NCBI RefSeq assembly: GCF_006345805.1
Contig: NC_043000.1
Location: forward strand, 11,594,001 to 11,658,000
Reading direction: 5' to 3'
DNA: 64,000 bases
Source of the DNA: Octopus sinensis
Taxonomy: Eukaryota
Shown: one piece after another, positions 62,891-64,000 of the stretch
Layout of the letters: each line of letters begins with the position of its first letter
How positions within the stretch are numbered: the stretch's first letter is position 1
Program-made: the position numbers and the translations under genes
The notes under the pieces: model-generated
Told to the model about the DNA's origin: nothing
What the model saw: the letters and a program-made list of their open reading frames with translations, nothing else
The model's database searches: none

Positions 62891-64000
62891 GACATGTATA
62901 CAGAGGGTGAAATATATAGCCTACTGCATCTGAGGTAGTCATCAGGTGCCTAAACTGTCCAACGACAACAACAGCAAAAAACTTGGTTTTACATCTAGCA
63001 ACATCACAATAAAGTTCACCAGTTTCAAGTAACAAGCATTAAGCAGATCTGGTTGCTTGAACTGGCGTGGCACCTTCCCCCCCCCCCCATCCATATTAAT
63101 TCTCTCTTTCTCTTCGATGAGCTGATAGGAAGACCCTTTGAGGTGTGAAGCGTGGGGGTGGGTGATGGATTTAAACATTCAGCATAAAACTTTTGTAATG
63201 TTAACAGAAATTCTGGATAGGGTAAATAGCCAACACATCAACATGTAAGAGATATAAAGTAAAAGAATAAAAAAAAAAAAAAGGAAAAATAAACGAATAA
63301 ATTAACAAAAAAAAAATACTGATAATTTCAAAAGTAAATGTAGGAAATATAGCTGGAAATAGTCAAGTATTGTAATCAGGTGTATGTCACATCACGACAC
63401 AGCACAAGAATTATTCCACATAAAGAGACACCATCAAATTGTTTGCTTCACTCCAAAAGTCAGTTTAATGACTCTGTTTGGGGAGTGGGGGAGAGAGAGA
63501 GAGGTGGGGAGATGCAGGGAAGAGAGAGAGAGAGAGAAAGAGAGAAGTACAACAACCACTATTACAACAAGAAACACTAAAAGATCACTTTACATTGTAA
63601 ATACTCTCCAGGAACAACAACAACAACAACAACAACAGGATGATGATGCTAACAAAAAAAAAGGTCAGTAAAAAGGATAAATGGGAGGTTAGGAGTGGTT
63701 GGTTCTATAAAATGGTCATTTTACTAACTGATGATATTATTGGACCGATAATGTCAAAAGGTGGGATAATGGTAAAGTGCTTGGTTGTAGGGGGAGTTGA
63801 GTGCCGGATGGACTATACTTGATAATAATTTGATGAGTTGTTTGGTGACTCAAAGAGTTCTGGTTTCAAATCATGCTGTTGCTGAGATGACATTTTTTTA
63901 ATGAATTTTAATTCCTCTCAGATCAAATGACACATTGGCTACTAATCCACCTGAAACCACTCCTAGTTCTGTGATACAAACTTTGTTTTAAAGTGATCGG

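Noticed and set aside
62694-63178. 113-aa and 78-aa minus-strand ORFs as independent genes
   Set aside because: No recognisable domain. One starts at TTG straight after a stop and the other crosses a poly-G run. The region is better explained as the ABCG 5' leader.

Overview
Repeat-dense, AT-rich animal genomic DNA. The microsatellite load and repeat families look like an Octopus (coleoid cephalopod) genome; this is inferred from pattern recognition, not a database search. One protein-coding gene is well supported: a minus-strand ABCG-family half transporter (NBD-TMD). I rebuilt it by hand from 14 coding exons between 53919 and 18042. All introns are GT-AG and all phases are compatible, giving 1809 nt = 602 aa plus stop, with intact Walker A, Q-loop, LSGGE signature, Walker B/D-loop and H-loop. 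A probable extra upstream coding exon at 62859-62890 would extend it to 622 aa. The rest is introns and intergenic DNA packed with tRNA-derived SINEs, LINE remnants, an internally deleted Ty3/gypsy LTR element, Penelope-like elements, non-autonomous Helitrons, mariner/pogo/piggyBac/hAT MITEs and microsatellites. Nearly all other entries in the ORF track are microsatellite or repeat artefacts. There is no CRISPR array, rRNA or genuine tRNA gene, and I found no novel protein-coding system. The best leads are non-coding and structural: (1) a fold-back Penelope insertion plus several hammerhead-ribozyme-like remnants beside (TA)n tracts; (2) long hairpins, including a perfect 185-bp palindrome, around ABCG coding exon 3; (3) a SINE occurring as head + (184 bp)n concatemers inside single target-site duplications; (4) a CpG-rich antisense promoter-like block with NRF1/ETS motifs and a splice donor inside an ABCG intron. 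None is shown to be novel or functional; each is listed with a test.
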